Part shown: piece by piece, positions 25,840 through 39,079 of the stretch
Layout of the letters: each line of letters begins with the position of its first letter
Position numbering within the stretch: position 1 is the first letter of the stretch
Assembly (NCBI GenBank): GCA_976551045.1
Contig: CDPCPM010000064.1
Coordinates: 3,410,001-3,474,000, forward strand
Direction: 5' to 3'
DNA: 64,000 nt
DNA from: Glaucostegus cemiculus
Lineage: Eukaryota
Notes under the pieces: generated by a model
Told to the model about the DNA's origin: nothing
The model's database searches: none
The model's input: only the letters and a program-made list of their open reading frames with translations
Program-made: the position numbers and the translations under genes

Positions 25840-26440
25840 AGCTTGATTTCCTTCACAGGCAAGGATACTGAGTATAAGTGTGGGGATATCGTGTTGCAGC
25901 TGTACAAAACGTGACTAAGACCACACTTAGTGTATTGTGCTCAGTTATGGTATCTCAACAGTAGAAAGGAAATGGTATTGCTGGAGAAAGCGCCCAAGAA
26001 ATTTGACCGATGTCTCCTGGAATGGAGAGCTTCAGATTCTGAGAAAGATTGGATAGGCTCGGAATATTAGCTGTGGAGCGCAAGAGGCTAATAGGTGACC
26101 TTCCGGAGGTTTAAATAGTGCTGCGAGGCATAGATAGGGTTGGTTGAACAATCTTTTTCCAAGTGGAGGTGACAAATTTCAGGTGAGGGGTAACAGGAAA
26201 AGGAGATCAGAGGGTTAAGCTTCCTCACACAGCGCGTGTTGCGTTTCTGGAACAAGTTGCCTGAGGAGCTGTTCGTGCGAGGTAAAATTAAAGCGTTTGC
26301 GGAATATTTGGAGAGGTACAGGGAAAGGACAAGAAGCGAGAGATCTGGGCCAAATGCAATTACATGGGATTTACTGAGACAGGTACATCGGTCGACATGC
26401 AAGAGTCGGGCGAAGAGACATTTACCCTGCTGTACATCTC
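25840..26440 (+). mobile_element. Old CR1 3' fragment
   Basis: agaccacacttagtgtattgtgctcagttatgg, ttcctcacacagcgcgtgttgcgtttctggaac and a CR1-like 3' UTR. Confidence 0.7.
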
Positions 26441-27426
26441 TGTGCCTCCATCAGCGGAGCAGCACAGATACAGCAGGATGATCCAGCAGGTTCACTAAAA
26501 AAAAAATAACAGTTTGGGGAATGAGATGGGTCATGGTGTGGAGACTGAGGAAAGTCGAGGCAATAATGAATGGTGGAGCAGTCTCTAATCTCCAAGTCGT
26601 CCTGTTATACCTTGTACATTTCTGTCTTCCTCATTCTCTGCTGAATGAGGGATCGTTATCAGTCAGAATGTAATGTTACCTTTGCGTCAGCGGCCATACA
26701 AAAAGTCATTGGAAATCCGCATTCTGGCCTCATCCAGTTACGCTTACCTGCGAGCTTTAGTTTAACATTCTTATTCGGCTCCACTGACATCAGCATCACC
26801 AAGAGAAAGTCAAACGCAAGCGCGAAGAGCCTACCAAACCTTTAACTGCCCGTTGGAATGACACGGAATATTGAATTCATTATACTCGCTTTCTTTACTG
26901 CAAACGTTTACTCTTTCCTGTCCCTGAATCCTTCAAAAATTCCGTAACCTGTTACGAACCTATTATCCTGTACAGGAAGCGAATGTGTTTTCAGCTTTGT
27001 GAGACGAACGAAGGCGGTGGACAACTCTGTGAACTGAATGAGCACATCGACAGAAGCGACATTTTCACAGGATAAAGGAACCGCGGCTACGTCTGTTTGA
27101 TGTGTTACGGAGATGCAGGCAGAGGGACCAAGACCTGAAGTTCCGACTTAAACAGTTACGATGGGTTCAACATATGATTTGAGTTTTGAAGATTTTCACT
27201 TCAAAGCATCATTCACCGTCAGTGGATCTATATCATGGAGCTGTGACGTAAATTTGAAAGCTGTTGACACTTTGCTCAGATGAGTGGAAACAATATTGAA
27301 GCTTCGGGAATTTTACCGGTCCCATGGGAAAACTCTCTCTATTAGATATGAAGGCTGCCTCTGTAATGCGCTGGCAGTTGTGTTTAAGCACCGAGCACTG
27401 AGTTTCTCCATCACTTCTCTACCAGG

Positions 27427-27526
27427 ATGGCAGTACTTCGTCTCTTCAAACCATTTCCCGAGATGGAATCGGTTTTACAGACAGAAGCCATTTTCTATCC
27501 CATTATCGCAGCCGTTGGAATTCCAG
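27427..27526 (+). pseudogene. Exon 1 of GPR139/142-like GPCR pseudogene B
   Basis: Reads MAVLRLFKPFPEMESVLQTEAIFYPIIAAVGIP+G|gtaagt (alternative ATG at 27463). It splices in phase to ttctatcacag|CG AAT at 31466, giving GIP-A-NVLAIVIL. Confidence 0.8.
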
Positions 27527-28472
27527 GTAAGTGATTAAATCCAATTCCGAAAGTTACGCACCGGAGTTCAATGTGCTCTCCTGCAACATTCCGAATTTTT
27601 TGTGTTTTCCCTGTCCTGAATCGATAGAAAGGGAGAATTAGAAGTGGTTATTTACTCCTAAACTATAGCCTCGTTAACAGAATAACGTTACTACGAGATG
27701 TTTCGGTCGCTTTGTTGAATTAACCTTCGCCTAATCTGTTGCGTTTGATGAAAACACCCTGCAGTCAATAAAGGTCCATGCTGCAACTCATCATCGCCGC
27801 CTTTCCGGTTAGAATGGGTCATAATCACCTTGTTTCATTCTCTAAAATGCCAGGTTTTCCCCGTTGCTGATTACAGCCTCGGCGACTGCCGCTCGGTACC
27901 CCGCACACACACCTGGGATCCTGAGAAGTCAAGAGGGCAACTCCACTGCCATTGGTTACTGTATTGCAGTGACGCACAGAATATTAAATCTGGTCCTCTC
28001 AAACTCTGCCGATGGCGGGTTTCTGCTTCGTGAAGAAATACCGATTCCCAGGCTGATCACTTCAGATAAAGGATTAGCATTTCGTTTCGCATTCGCCTTC
28101 CCAGCGGCGGAAGGCAGCAACCTTCTGCAATATTCATATTGCACAAACTTCATAGTGCGGCTGCACTGAATCCATTGCACCGAGTGTGCGATGGAAGAAA
28201 TGCGCAGTGTTCCTGTGAAGCTGCCTTGACAATGTGAATACCTATGAAATTAATTTCACTCTCTGACGTGGCTCCGTCCATCCTTTTCTGCTCTCGACAT
28301 CGTAAATTCCGAGGCTTCTCGCTTGACTACAGACAAAGACGGTAATTGTATTATCACGTTAGCAGCCTGATGCCGGAAAACGGCGCCCTGTTGAACCAAT
28401 GTTCCCTGCAAATCACTTTAACATAAATCGTTTTCGTCGACTTGCGAGAATTATCTTATCGAATTCCGAAGC

Positions 28473-28720
28473 AGAATCAGGTTACTGATAACTGTTTAAT
28501 GGGACGTGTAATTTGATGCTTTGCGGCAGAATCCCAATGCAAAGATATAAAATTATCATAAATTACTAAACGAAAAAGACGTTGTAAAGAAAGGAATAAC
28601 GAGGTGGTGTTCAAGGGTTCACGGATATTTCAGAAATCTATGGGTAAAAGGGAACATGCTGCACCTGAACCCTTGAGTTTTGACTTTGGGCTCCTCTCCC
28701 TCCTCTCAGATGGCAGTGAC
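28473..28720 (-). mobile_element. Rex1/Babar-like 3' end fragment
   Basis: Similar to 32598-32900 (agaatcagg..., ttcagaaatct, tgaacccttgag...ggctcctctccctcctc). Confidence 0.5.
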
Positions 28721-30939
28721 CAGTTACCACATTGGTAGTACGATGGTATCATTCGCCGGGGGTCCCTGTGACTCCTCACCTCCTTTTCCTACACGAGTTT
28801 CTTAAGCTACTCAAGTCTGATGAATTTCAGCCATTGCTGTGAACAGCCAGATTCCCTCTCCCTTCGTGATGACATTTCTGTCGCTGTCAGATACATTGAC
28901 TTCTGCTCCGTCCATTCAATGTTGGCAACAGCTGTATCTGTTGCATCCAGTTATTTCTTCTTCTCCTGGATTTTCAGAACGTCAAACGCTCTGAGTGTTC
29001 TTTGAGTCATTGGATTGTCACTGGAACAGAGGATGCTTTCCCGAGAGCTACTCCATGTCGAGGGGACAGCAGCACTGAATACGTGCAGGATTGGGGTGCA
29101 ATGGGTGGGTGTCGGCTTTCACCAACGGTAATGTTTCATGGCTGCGTGACTCTACCTCAGTCTCCGTTCCTATGCATGTATGAAGCGATATCTCCTGCCT
29201 GAGCCATCCATCCGCTCATCAAAACAACTTCACTCTCTTCACCAGTCCAAACGTAAATTGACGAAGTTACTCAGTGTCAAAATAGTCTTCATCACGTTAC
29301 TGAAAGGTCCGTCAGCCCAGTTTATTACGGTTAACCTTCAGCTGAAATCCCTCATTCACGAAGACACTCGGTAAATATTTATTAGCGAGTTCCTCAGCTG
29401 CTGCCGAGGAACTTGTGTTGTCAAAGCATTGGATTGTAACTTACTACCCGTCTGGTAAAAACTGCAACTTCCTCTACACTACGCAGCCATGTCTCAATCC
29501 ACAGATCACACATGCTTTGCTACGCCCCTCTTCATTTATCCAGATACAGTAAACGATGTGTAACCCCACATGTGAACCCAGCTGCCTTGGCATATGCACC
29601 TATTTAAACGCGCTCTCATATCGTGTGTGTTTTCTCTCCTCAGCTCACTTCCGTTCACAAGTTATCCGCCATTTCTCTGCCCATTCTTACATTCTCTAAT
29701 GGTGTGTGGCTGCTTCCTCGGGATTGACCACAAATGTAATTCTCTGCCATCCACGGAATGTTGTTTTTAACAATTGCACACCCAGCTGCGAAATAGTAAT
29801 GTGCGTGGAAAAGATATTTTTCGTAGTAATGCTTTCTACCGACATTTACCCCTCCACTCCCAGGAAGAAAATCTCCTTGTTTACGAAATACACCACAACG
29901 TCTCTTTGATCCAACCTGGTATCAATATCGTCACTGCATTACTTCCACTTTGGCGAAGCAATAATGTGTGTGCACTTTATTCAAGCAGTTAGCTCTGGCA
30001 TCCTGGACCACGTACAATGCATGTCTTTCATCAGACTTATGATAAGGGAGTCTGACTTACCAGGTCAGTCAGACACGGATTTTGGACAGAACGTCAGCTT
30101 TGCCTTTAATCAACTCAAACTCCTCGCGCTGTTTAAAATTTACCTCATTATTAATTCCAATCATTCCTCCATCAGCAAGGTGAAACCCACAAATAGAACG
30201 TTCTAGAAGGTCTCAGCACTTCGTCATGAGCAGGGGTTCCAATTTTCACATACCCCGGTCCACTCATAGTATCTCTTGAGAAGGGAGGATTAGAAGACTC
30301 GAATATTGCCATCTTGCACAGATCCAAGGTTAGTGCGCTGGAGTCCACTGTGTTACATCTGAGTATTATCACCTTCACACCAACAGGTATTGACATTGGC
30401 CACTCGCGATTTAAGCTAATTTGATTGTTATTTGAATGAGCTGCAACACTTCAGCAGGATGAATCCCTGTCAGTTTAATTTCTGGAGGCGTTTGTCAGAT
30501 AGGAGCAAGGTTCAGTTCCTCGGCAAGTAACTCTGAAGATCTGTAAATTCAGCAGATCGGGAAAAAAGCTAAGGATGTGAGGTCGTTCTGTGTCTACCTG
30601 TTTCCCCCTAATCCGATCTTCAAACCGAGTTGACAATTACACTGGAAATCCGGCTCTTTAATGTCAAACGTTGTTATTTGTATATAACTTTAGATATTCA
30701 GTTGACCGATGACATTATAGAGATATATAAAACCAGGAGTACGTGAGGTGCATTTACCTGTAGTTAAGCCGTGATGCGATAAACCCAGCAAGGAAGTCCC
30801 GAGAGGAAGGTCTTCGTAGATTAATTTTGCGATGCTTCATTTTCCAATAGCACTTTGAAGTAAGAACTTTGAAGTAAGTTCAGGTAATAAATATATGCTC
30901 TGTAAAAAGCTGCACTACGCATAAAGTAACGGAGTCATA

Positions 30940-31330
30940 GACTTGTAGGCTAAGGAAACAGGTCCTTGCATCTAACTCGTCCATGCCGACCAATTTGCCG
31001 ACCGGATCTCCACCCATTTGCCTACATCTATCGCGTATCTATCCAAGCCTTCCCTGTCCATTGAAATGTCTGAATATCTTTTAAACATTTTGTTTGTAAC
31101 CCGCCACCACCCCCACTTTGACAATGAATTCCAGGTAACCGCCACACTGTGTGTGAGAAAGTTGGCCTTCGGGTGTCCTTTGAATCTTTTCCATCCCACC
31201 TTCGACCTTTGCACTCTAGCTTTAGACTCTTCTAACCTCGGGAACAGACCGGGACCATTCACGTCTTCCATGCCTCCCATGACTTTTAAAACCTCTACAA
31301 TGTTACGTCTCAGCCTCCGACGCGTCGGGA
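30940..31330 (-). mobile_element. CR1 3' fragment in the GPCR B intron
   Basis: Reads LFPRLEESKAR..NFLTHSVAVTWNSL. Confidence 0.7.
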
Positions 31331-31465
31331 AAATAACTTCCTGTTTCTGCTTGTGTGAATGCTGAATTCTTATCCGATAGTGAAGGCCTGGATTGGCATT
31401 GAGTCACTGGCTCTGGAAATGCATTCTGACTGGTGAATCTGTTTCTGATTCTTCTTCTATCACAG

Positions 31466-32365
31466 CGAATGTGCTGGCGATTGTGATCCTGTGCCGGGGT
31501 AAGTGTGGCCTCTCCACATGTGTTTCTCGCTACCTCGTGGCCATGGCGACGGCAGATCTGTTGGTTGGTGGTCATTGACGTGATACTGTTCCGTATCAAT
31601 GATTTGCATGTCATAACAAGATTCCTTTACATGACCCAAGTGTGTTCAGTCCATAAGGCCCTGAATAATGCGTCCACAGACATTTCCGTGTGGTTGACAC
31701 TGTCTTTCACTTTTGATCGATATGTGATGATTTGTTGTCACAAGTTGCGGACTAGATATTGCACCGAGAATACTGCAGCCAGAGTGCTGGCTACTGTATG
31801 TACACTGTTCATTTGTAAAAACATCCAGTGGTACTTTGTGTTTCAACCTTCATTTATTCAAAACAACGTTCAATGGGGCTGCGATGGAACGTTAGATTAC
31901 TACATTGAACCTGCATGGATAGCATTCCGCTGGATTCATCGCTGTTTGACCCCTTTCTTCCCAATGTTCTGCATATGTCTGATCGTGGGGCACATTTTAG
32001 CGGCCAGTAGAGTCCGCAGGAATCTAAGAGGCATCAAGAATGATGTGAATCGCAATGATGCCGAGATGGAAAACAGAAGGAAGTCCATCATCTTACTCTT
32101 CGCGATATCTTGCAATTTCATACTGCTTTGGATGACGTATTTTGTGTTTTCTCTCTGGATGGAAATTAGTAAGCGCTATTATGCAATCAGTTTCAGTGAC
32201 CCATTTTTCATCGCGGACGAAACCAGCTACATGCTTCTGCTTTTGAGCTGCTGCACGAACACTTGTATTTATGCAGTGACTCTGTCTAAGTTCTGACAGG
32301 AACTGAAAAATGGGATGGAATATTTACTGGGAATATTATTGAAATGTGTTAAGAAAAGAAAATAA
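31466..32365 (+). pseudogene. Exon 2 of GPR139/142-like GPCR pseudogene B
   Basis: Reads NVLAIVILCRGKCGLSTCVSRYLVAMATADLL, then a frameshift at about 31561-31570 (ttggttggtg). Continues through TFDRYVMICC, ENRRKSIILLF and SCCTNTCIY. Has a short in-frame loss in TM5 and a premature TGA at 32294 (probably CGA; KF*QELKNGM). Natural stop TAA at 32363-32365. Confidence 0.88.
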
Positions 32366-32597
32366 AGCAGAATTTCACGGCATTAGACGCAGCAGCTCAT
32401 TATTTTCCTTTGCAGCTGTGACAAGTCATTTTCCTGTCTCTTTCAGACACATCAATGGGTAACATCCGGCATCTCCTGCCAGGTTATGAATTACTGATCA
32501 AGGTTGATGGTTTAACCTTTGTTACCTGCTGAGCGTCCGGTTGGTCACGGAGGTAAGATATCAACCTATACACAAGTGTATTTGAAAACCATGTTTA

Positions 32598-32900
32598 CAG
32601 AATCAGAATCAGAATCAAATTTATTGTCACTTCCGTATGTCATGAAAGAACAGGGAAAGGTAAAAAAATATATATTTATTTGCAAAAATAAATAAATGGA
32701 TCAAAAGAGGAATGACAAGGTGACGTCCATAGTTTCATGGACCGTTCAGAAATCTGATGGCGGGGAAGAAGCTATTCCTGAATCGTTGAGTGTGGGTCTT
32801 CAGGCTCCTGTACCTCCTCCCCGATAGTAATAATGTAAAGAGGGTGCGTCCCGGATGGACAGAGTACTTAAAGATTGATGTCACGTTCTTGTACCTCTGA
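32598..32900 (-). mobile_element. Rex1/Babar-like 3' end with (GATTCT)n tail
   Basis: agaatcagaatcagaatc tail, plus cttcaggctcctgtacctcctccccgat (reverse of the LPSGRRYRSL region). Confidence 0.65.
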
Positions 32901-33729
32901 GTTTCATATAAAATTGCAATGTTGTGTTTTAGTTCACGACAAGTGATCGGAGAAACGCTGCGTCAGTGTGAATGTTTATAGCATTTATAAAGAAGGGAAT
33001 GATAAAGGTGCACGGATTCGCTTCAGTGCAATAAAACACTGATTGTGGTAAAGATAACTATCGCTTTACCTTTCTGTTTACCGCCAGCAATATCGCCAAC
33101 GTCCGCCACCCTGTGGTCATTTGTTTTGGAATATGAGTAATTACGTTTTGTCTTTGCGAATTCACTCGTGTTTGCGGACTGTGTTTCCATCCGCGTGTCA
33201 AGTGTGAAAACCACTGGCCTCAGCAACTGGTGTTTCTCTCTTGAGCACTATAATTTTAATGAAAACTGTCTGGGACGTGCCTGTGAACGCTGGCGTTACC
33301 AGTTGTGAGTATGCAGAATTTCCACGTGACCGTGGATCTTCATGTGGAGAGTTCTCCGGAGAGAAATGCCACCTGAGGTATTTCAGTGGCGCGTCTGCTG
33401 ACCACTGGCTTCTGCTGTGGTCAGAGTCCTTGAACACTCCGGTTAATGGCGTTACACATTTATTCTCTGATGTTAAAAATGACCGTAGCTGCATGCAGAT
33501 GCGCTGCCATTGTAGATCTCTGGAACGAAATAGCTCATATTCGATACGCCTGGCGTGTAGATGTTGTGTTCCCCAACTACAATTGCGCGGTGATCGAATA
33601 TTAAGGTCGATAAATCCCCTGGCTGTAACGGTTATTCAGAGAGGCATAAGAGGACGTTGTTGAGGCCTTAGCTGAGATTATTGTCTGCACTTCAGACGTC
33701 CCAGAGAACAGGACAACAGTCGGTGATTT

Positions 33730-34440
33730 TCCATCGCTGAAAAAGGACAACGTGACAAACCAGGAAATTGCTGCCTAGCCAGCCTTATATCAGTGGTAGG
33801 GAGATCATTGGAGAAGGTTCTTCGGGATAGGGTCTCCACGTATCTGAAAAGCTGTAGACTTATTCAGGATAGACAATGTGGCTTTATTCATGGAATCTCA
33901 TGTATTACCGAGGTGAATGGGTACGATTGAGGGGGTGAAGTTGATTATCAGTGAGGAGAAGACTGTGGGTGATGCATATATCGACTTCAGTGAAGCATTC
34001 GTCAAGCTCCCGTTGGTAGGCTGATCTAAAATATTGGTTACACTGTGAATTGGTAGATTAGCGTTAATGTTGCTTGTCCACAGAAGACAGAATATAGTGG
34101 CGGAGCAGTTTTACGCTAAAGGAAGGTCTGTGACTAATGGTTTCCCACAAGGATCTCTGCTGGACCGTCCCTTGTAAGTCAACGACGTATCTGTACGTAA
34201 ATATAGGCGGTATGATCGGTATGTTTGCAGACCACATAAAACCGCAGAGTTGTGAGGAGTAAATAGGCGGACAAAGCATTCAGCGGGATCTATCCCACTG
34301 GCAAACGTAGTCAGATAAAATGGCAGAGGGAGTTCAGTCCGGAGGAGTAGAAAATGTTACACTTTGGAACATGAAAAAGCAAATGCTGAGGCTTTGTCTC
34401 GAATGGTTTTTGTGAAATGCTGAGCTTATAGTATATTAGA
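33730..34440 (+). mobile_element. Old CR1 RT fragment
   Basis: aaaccaggaaattg..agccttatatcagtggtaggg, gacttcagtgaagcattcg and tttgcagaccacata. Confidence 0.65.
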
Positions 34441-34484
34441 ATATATAGAAAATGGAGGGAGTACACGTGTTTATTCATTAGTTG

Positions 34485-35385
34485 TTCTGTGTTTAAGATG
34501 GCCACTGGGTCTCCTGAGATGGCTGCTGTTCCTTTTCTTTTCCATCCTGAGTGCGCGAAACATGTAGCTCATTAAACAAATGGTCAGCTCAGGAAGACAC
34601 CTTTGATCTATGGTAGCTCCTTAAAAAGACAGCACATTCCCAGGAAGACACTATTTTGGTTTATTGTGTAACTAATGGTTGTTACCCTAGTGCGACTGAT
34701 GATTTTTATAGCAGTTCTGTAGCTAGTAGTTTTGATAACTAAGAAGCTTGGTGCCAACTAGTCTCAGAACTCATAAGTGATAGTGACACTCTTTTGATGT
34801 TTTATAAAGAATTGCCTTGTAGCCAAGAAAGTCTGGTATTGTTTATAACTGATAAGGTTGCAAAGCAATAAGTTTAGAAACCGGTACTCCCAAATGCCCA
34901 TAGATAATTTAGACACCCTGTGACTGAGTCAGGAAATACCAGTGACAGGAGACAAATGAAGCTACGAAGATAAGAGGGAACAGGATGGGTTGTGATAATG
35001 TAATTGAACTATGAAAAAAAGTATATTGTCATTAGAGCAGTGCCTGGTACTGATGTAATAATTGCATGTAGTAATTAGACTGAAAAATAACTGTAGCGAA
35101 GTTACAATCATGATGTGAGTAGACGAGTGGTAAAATAAAACCAATTTTAAGTGAGCAAAGGAATGCGGAGTCTGTGCAGTCAGGTATTTCTGTGTGATTG
35201 AAACTGGTGTGATTGATTGTACTGAATGGGATGGGAAGGGTCCATAAAAAGAGCTGTAAACGTTTGTTCGGGGGCCCTTAGCGGAGTGGTTCACTGAGTG
35301 TCACAGCTTTTGTTTGCAAATAAAAGTTTAACTTCTTGAGGAATCTTCTGTGTCTCCTCGTCAATTGAATCTCGGAAAGCACAGC
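34485..35385 (+). mobile_element. Possible solo LTR
   Basis: TG...CA-bounded block with TATA-like cataaaaagagc (about 35243) and AATAAA (about 35319) in LTR-like order. No TSD found. Confidence 0.35.
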
Positions 35386-35449
35386 AAGCTGTGGTAAGGT
35401 AAGGTAAGGAAAGACTCCCATTTACCTCTGTAGACTTGGCCGTTTTGAG

Positions 35450-35640
35450 ATGACATTTGTGGTACTCTCATGCTCCTCCTGCAGTATGTGGGAGAACAGG
35501 GTCCCTCTTCCAGTCGCTGGTAACTACACACGTTGCAGATGCGTACAGCTGCAGCTCCTGAGAGACAGCGTTGACGGAGGCAACTGCAGTTGGACTATTA
35601 GACAATGACAAACTCCACTGATCCAACCAGTGCAGCCCTC
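35450..35640 (+). mobile_element. CR1 ORF1 zinc-motif fragment
   Basis: Reads CSSCSMWE...RCRCVQLQLLRD, similar to the ORF1 at 10757-11296. Confidence 0.6.
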
Positions 35641-36299
35641 CGGCGTAGAGGATGACACAGAATCTCAAAATTGTGAGCACTTCAATTTTAATTGAACACA
35701 CCTGATATTGTAACTATTTCCCTCGTCTGTACACTCTATCTAATGGAAACTTCACCATTTCCTTTATGCCACCCTCTGAAAAACTTCAATAAGACGTCGA
35801 AAGAATACAGATGTACCTTACTGTGTCGTTCCACTGTCACTCTGTGATCGCCGGCATTGCTGATATATCCTTCCGCTGAACGGGGGATTGACTGGACCAA
35901 TCAAGAAATAGACGCGGCTTATGCTACTCATGGTTCAGATCAGAAACCACATCTCACTGCGGAAATCAGGCAGATCTGGGATTCTGCGCGATAATTGATC
36001 TCCTCTGGCTTATTGCACCACAAAAATGATTGTGAAGGAAAAGTACGGCAAGGAAACACACCCTTTCGCCCTACGCGTCCGGGTTGACCATCCACTGCAT
36101 CAGAAGATCAGAAGAGGTGATGTTCGTTTTCTGTTGCTTGATGTTCAACTCCATTCGTACTTAAAGGTAAATTCAAGTGGCCCATGTGTGAATGCAGTCA
36201 GACCAAAATAAAATTCAGGCCTGAGCCAGTAGGTGAGAGGTAATATTGGAGCCACAAATGGCCAGGCAAACGCAATCTGCAAAAGGTGAGTATTTAACC

Positions 36300-36730
36300 A
36301 CTTACCGCTGAGATTCACGTGCATTCGCATCGAATAAAAGAGGACCGAGTACGGCGTTCTTACCTCTATTGATCGGTGTATTGAGTATAAGAGGCAGAAA
36401 GTCATGTTGCCGGTGTATAATACTTTGGTAACTCCACGCTTGCATTATTGTTTGCAATCCTCTTTGCTTAATTGTGGGGGTGTTGAAACTTTGGTAAATG
36501 GTACAGAAGGACTTTACGACGATTCTGCCAGGAGAAGCGGGAATAGGCCGCAGGGGAATGTTTGATAACCTTGGGTTGTTTCTCTGTGGAGTGTTGAAGG
36601 CCAAGAGGGCCTTCAACAGTTTACGAAGATATGAGAGGGAGCGATACTGCAGACAACCCGAATCTTTTTCACAGAGTGGAAATGACAAATATTGGAGGGA
36701 CGTGCATTAACGGTGAGAGGGGAAAGGAAT
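36300..36730 (+). mobile_element. Old CR1 3' RT fragment
   Basis: ggtgtattgagtataagaggcagaaagtcatgttg..tactttggtaactccacgcttg and gtacagaaggactttacg. Confidence 0.6.
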
Positions 36731-38059
36731 TTCAGACTGACTTGAATATTTAACTAGTCAGGATACATTTGCTTATTTTTTATGTTCTTATGTGCGTTCT
36801 AATCGTACCGGAACACAAGAAGAACCATGACTGTCTCCGGGCCGACTCGCACTAACCAGGTAGGTAGCTGAAAGATTCCAAAGGCGAGCTGACCAGTTAA
36901 CACCCAATTATTACACATGGGATATTGAGGTATGTTTTTATGCATTGTCACGAGATGATTAGAGTTTATTTATTGTCATTTATTGTCAGAGTTTCACGCA
37001 TAAACTATACCTGCATAAACTGATTCACCATCCTGGAAAGGAAAGAACAGCCTGTGTTCACAATATCTGAACATTTTTGTTGTTGTTTCTTTGTTCGGCG
37101 GTATGCTGTATTTTATTCCCAGCCATGAGGATTCTGAAGAATTGCCATAACAACTTCCGCCGGGCACGGAAATCCCCTTGTTCCGTTCTCTTTCCTTGTT
37201 GATTGCAGACAAGACGTTTCAAAACTCCCTGTCCTGTAAATGCTCTGAGTTTCTTATTAACAGGACTGGGTCCGATGTTCAGCAGTATAGATTAGGAAGT
37301 TTCTTCCTTCTCCCACGAATAAACTTCCCTCTCCGATGAACAGAATTTCAGTGCAGCAGCGAGCCAGTAACGGTGAGGCTAAAGAACATGTTGGATGAGT
37401 GTAGCTCCCCCTCCTGAGGAGAACGTTTCATTGGAATTGACCGAGGCAACTGAGTTCCCAAGCTCCGAACAGGCCGATTGGATCTGACACCTTACGAGTA
37501 AAATGAAGAGACGGAGGTCGCCTTTTGGTCCGTCTTCCAATGACATTGGAAATGACATGTACCTTCTGTAAGAACAGGTCTTTTCTGTACCTATGTGTTC
37601 AGGCCAATATTGTCAGGCTGTTGTTTCACCCTGCAGGTACAGATTTTCTCTTACTCGCGCTGCCGAGAACCCAGAACAGAAGAGCGATTCTGCCAACCGT
37701 TGTGGTGTCCCCGAATGTGCTGACCCGGACTCTCACTCCCCCTGCAGTATTCCTGCATGTGAGCAGCCAACCTGCAGCACCTCCTCTGTCGTCAGTAAAT
37801 GCAGAATTTGTCAGTCACTGTGCACTCCATACACAGAGTCTGAAATCTGCTCTGCGAGGTCTCACGGCAGAACCTGTTGAGTGCGTGCATGTGGCAAGTT
37901 AATTCGACAATTTTACGTTTTGTTCTTGGTCGGTCTGAGATCAATGGAAGATTCAGGGAAGGGAATTACCAGACGCGTGCGCGAAAGTGATTGTCAGCTT
38001 TTCCATTGGCTTCATCAACGTGATCCCCCATTTTGAGAAGTACAAACGTTGAAAAGCAA

Positions 38060-38560
38060 AGCGTCATATAGTCCTGGTGTTAAACAACACGAAGACAGGT
38101 CCTTTGACCTAATAAGTCGATATCGGCCGAAGTACCCACCTAAGCCCATAACATTTGTTTGTGTTTGCCCCATATGCCTCTGCATCTTCCCATTCACGTA
38201 CCTGTTCAAATTCCTTGTGTAAAATAAAACAATTCAAACGTTGTATCTGTACCCGCCGCTACCACTCCTTCACCCGCCCACCACGGTCTGCATGAGTAAC
38301 ATTTGGTGCAGATTCCATTTTAATCTTCCCTCTGTCACATTAAGCCTAGGTCCTCTCGTTACAGAGTCCCTTCCCTGGTAAAAAAAAAAGATTATGAGCA
38401 CCCACCTTAACTACGCGCCTCATGACTTTCTATTCCTCAATCGGGTCACCCCTTGGCCCTCAGGGAAAACTTTCCCAGCCTATCTCGGTACTCCGAACAA
38501 CAATCCCACTAGACCTAACAAGTTCCTTATGAATATTTTCTGCATCTTCTAAACCTCCAT
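38060..38560 (-). mobile_element. CR1 3' fragment
   Basis: Similar in structure to other CR1 3' ends in the window (gggtcacccc, cccagcctatc, gaatattttctgcatc). Confidence 0.55.
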
Positions 38561-38849
38561 CACATTGTTTAAATGAATATGGATTTCACAGCTATTTAGT
38601 CCAGTTATCAACAATAGATCAGGATATCTATCTTTTCACTGTTTTTAATTTCTTCAGTTGTCTGTTGATTTGCTTACTGTGTTTACCTTTCTTCAAGAAA
38701 AGAAAGAACTGTTCTTCCTCTCCTTTCTTTTGATTTCATATTTCACTCATTTAATTTAAAATTGTTTTTGCTATCTGCGGGTGGATGCCCCTGTTACAGA
38801 CATTTGTGACGTTTCTTCATCGACTGCAGGCTTCATAGCAGTGAAGCCT

Positions 38850-38897
38850 GATGATGTCACCTGGGATTCCTCCCTGCTCCATATAAGGCGCTGCCGG
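38850..38897 (+). promoter_or_regulatory. Putative promoter of the intact GPCR (CRE-like/E-box, TATA, GCTGCC)
   Basis: GATGATGTCACCTGG at 38850-38864 and TATAAG at 38882-38887 followed by gcgctgccg, about 85 bp before the ATG. Confidence 0.6.
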
Positions 38898-38970
38898 TTC
38901 GGTGTCTCCTCACACGGTAAGGTTCATATCTAAAACATAGGTACTGCCCCCCTTGCATGGAAGTGAAGAC

Positions 38971-39079
38971 ATGCTGTCGACTGAAATGATTGAAGTAATT
39001 CGTGAAATTATGCGGTCGAAAGTATGTCAGAACATACAGCAGGCATTCTACACTCTGCTCGTTGCGATTGGTATTCCCA
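38971..39079 (+). CDS. Exon 1 of intact GPR139/142-like class A GPCR (gene C)
   Basis: Reads MLSTEMIEVIREIMRSKVCQNIQQAFYTLLVAIGIP+A|gtaagt, with a phase-1 donor. Alternative in-frame ATGs at 38986 and 39010. Confidence 0.8.

Noticed and set aside
27760-28200. Possible RTE-type APE endonuclease remnant on the minus strand
   Set aside because: Only weak motif resemblance (FNILCV, GSGVAL); not supportable without an HMM search.
29400-29960. ERKHTRYE-like text suggesting an RLE endonuclease
   Set aside because: Adjacent EWAEKW and VVNPEE fit a very old CR1 RT remnant better; too degraded to call.
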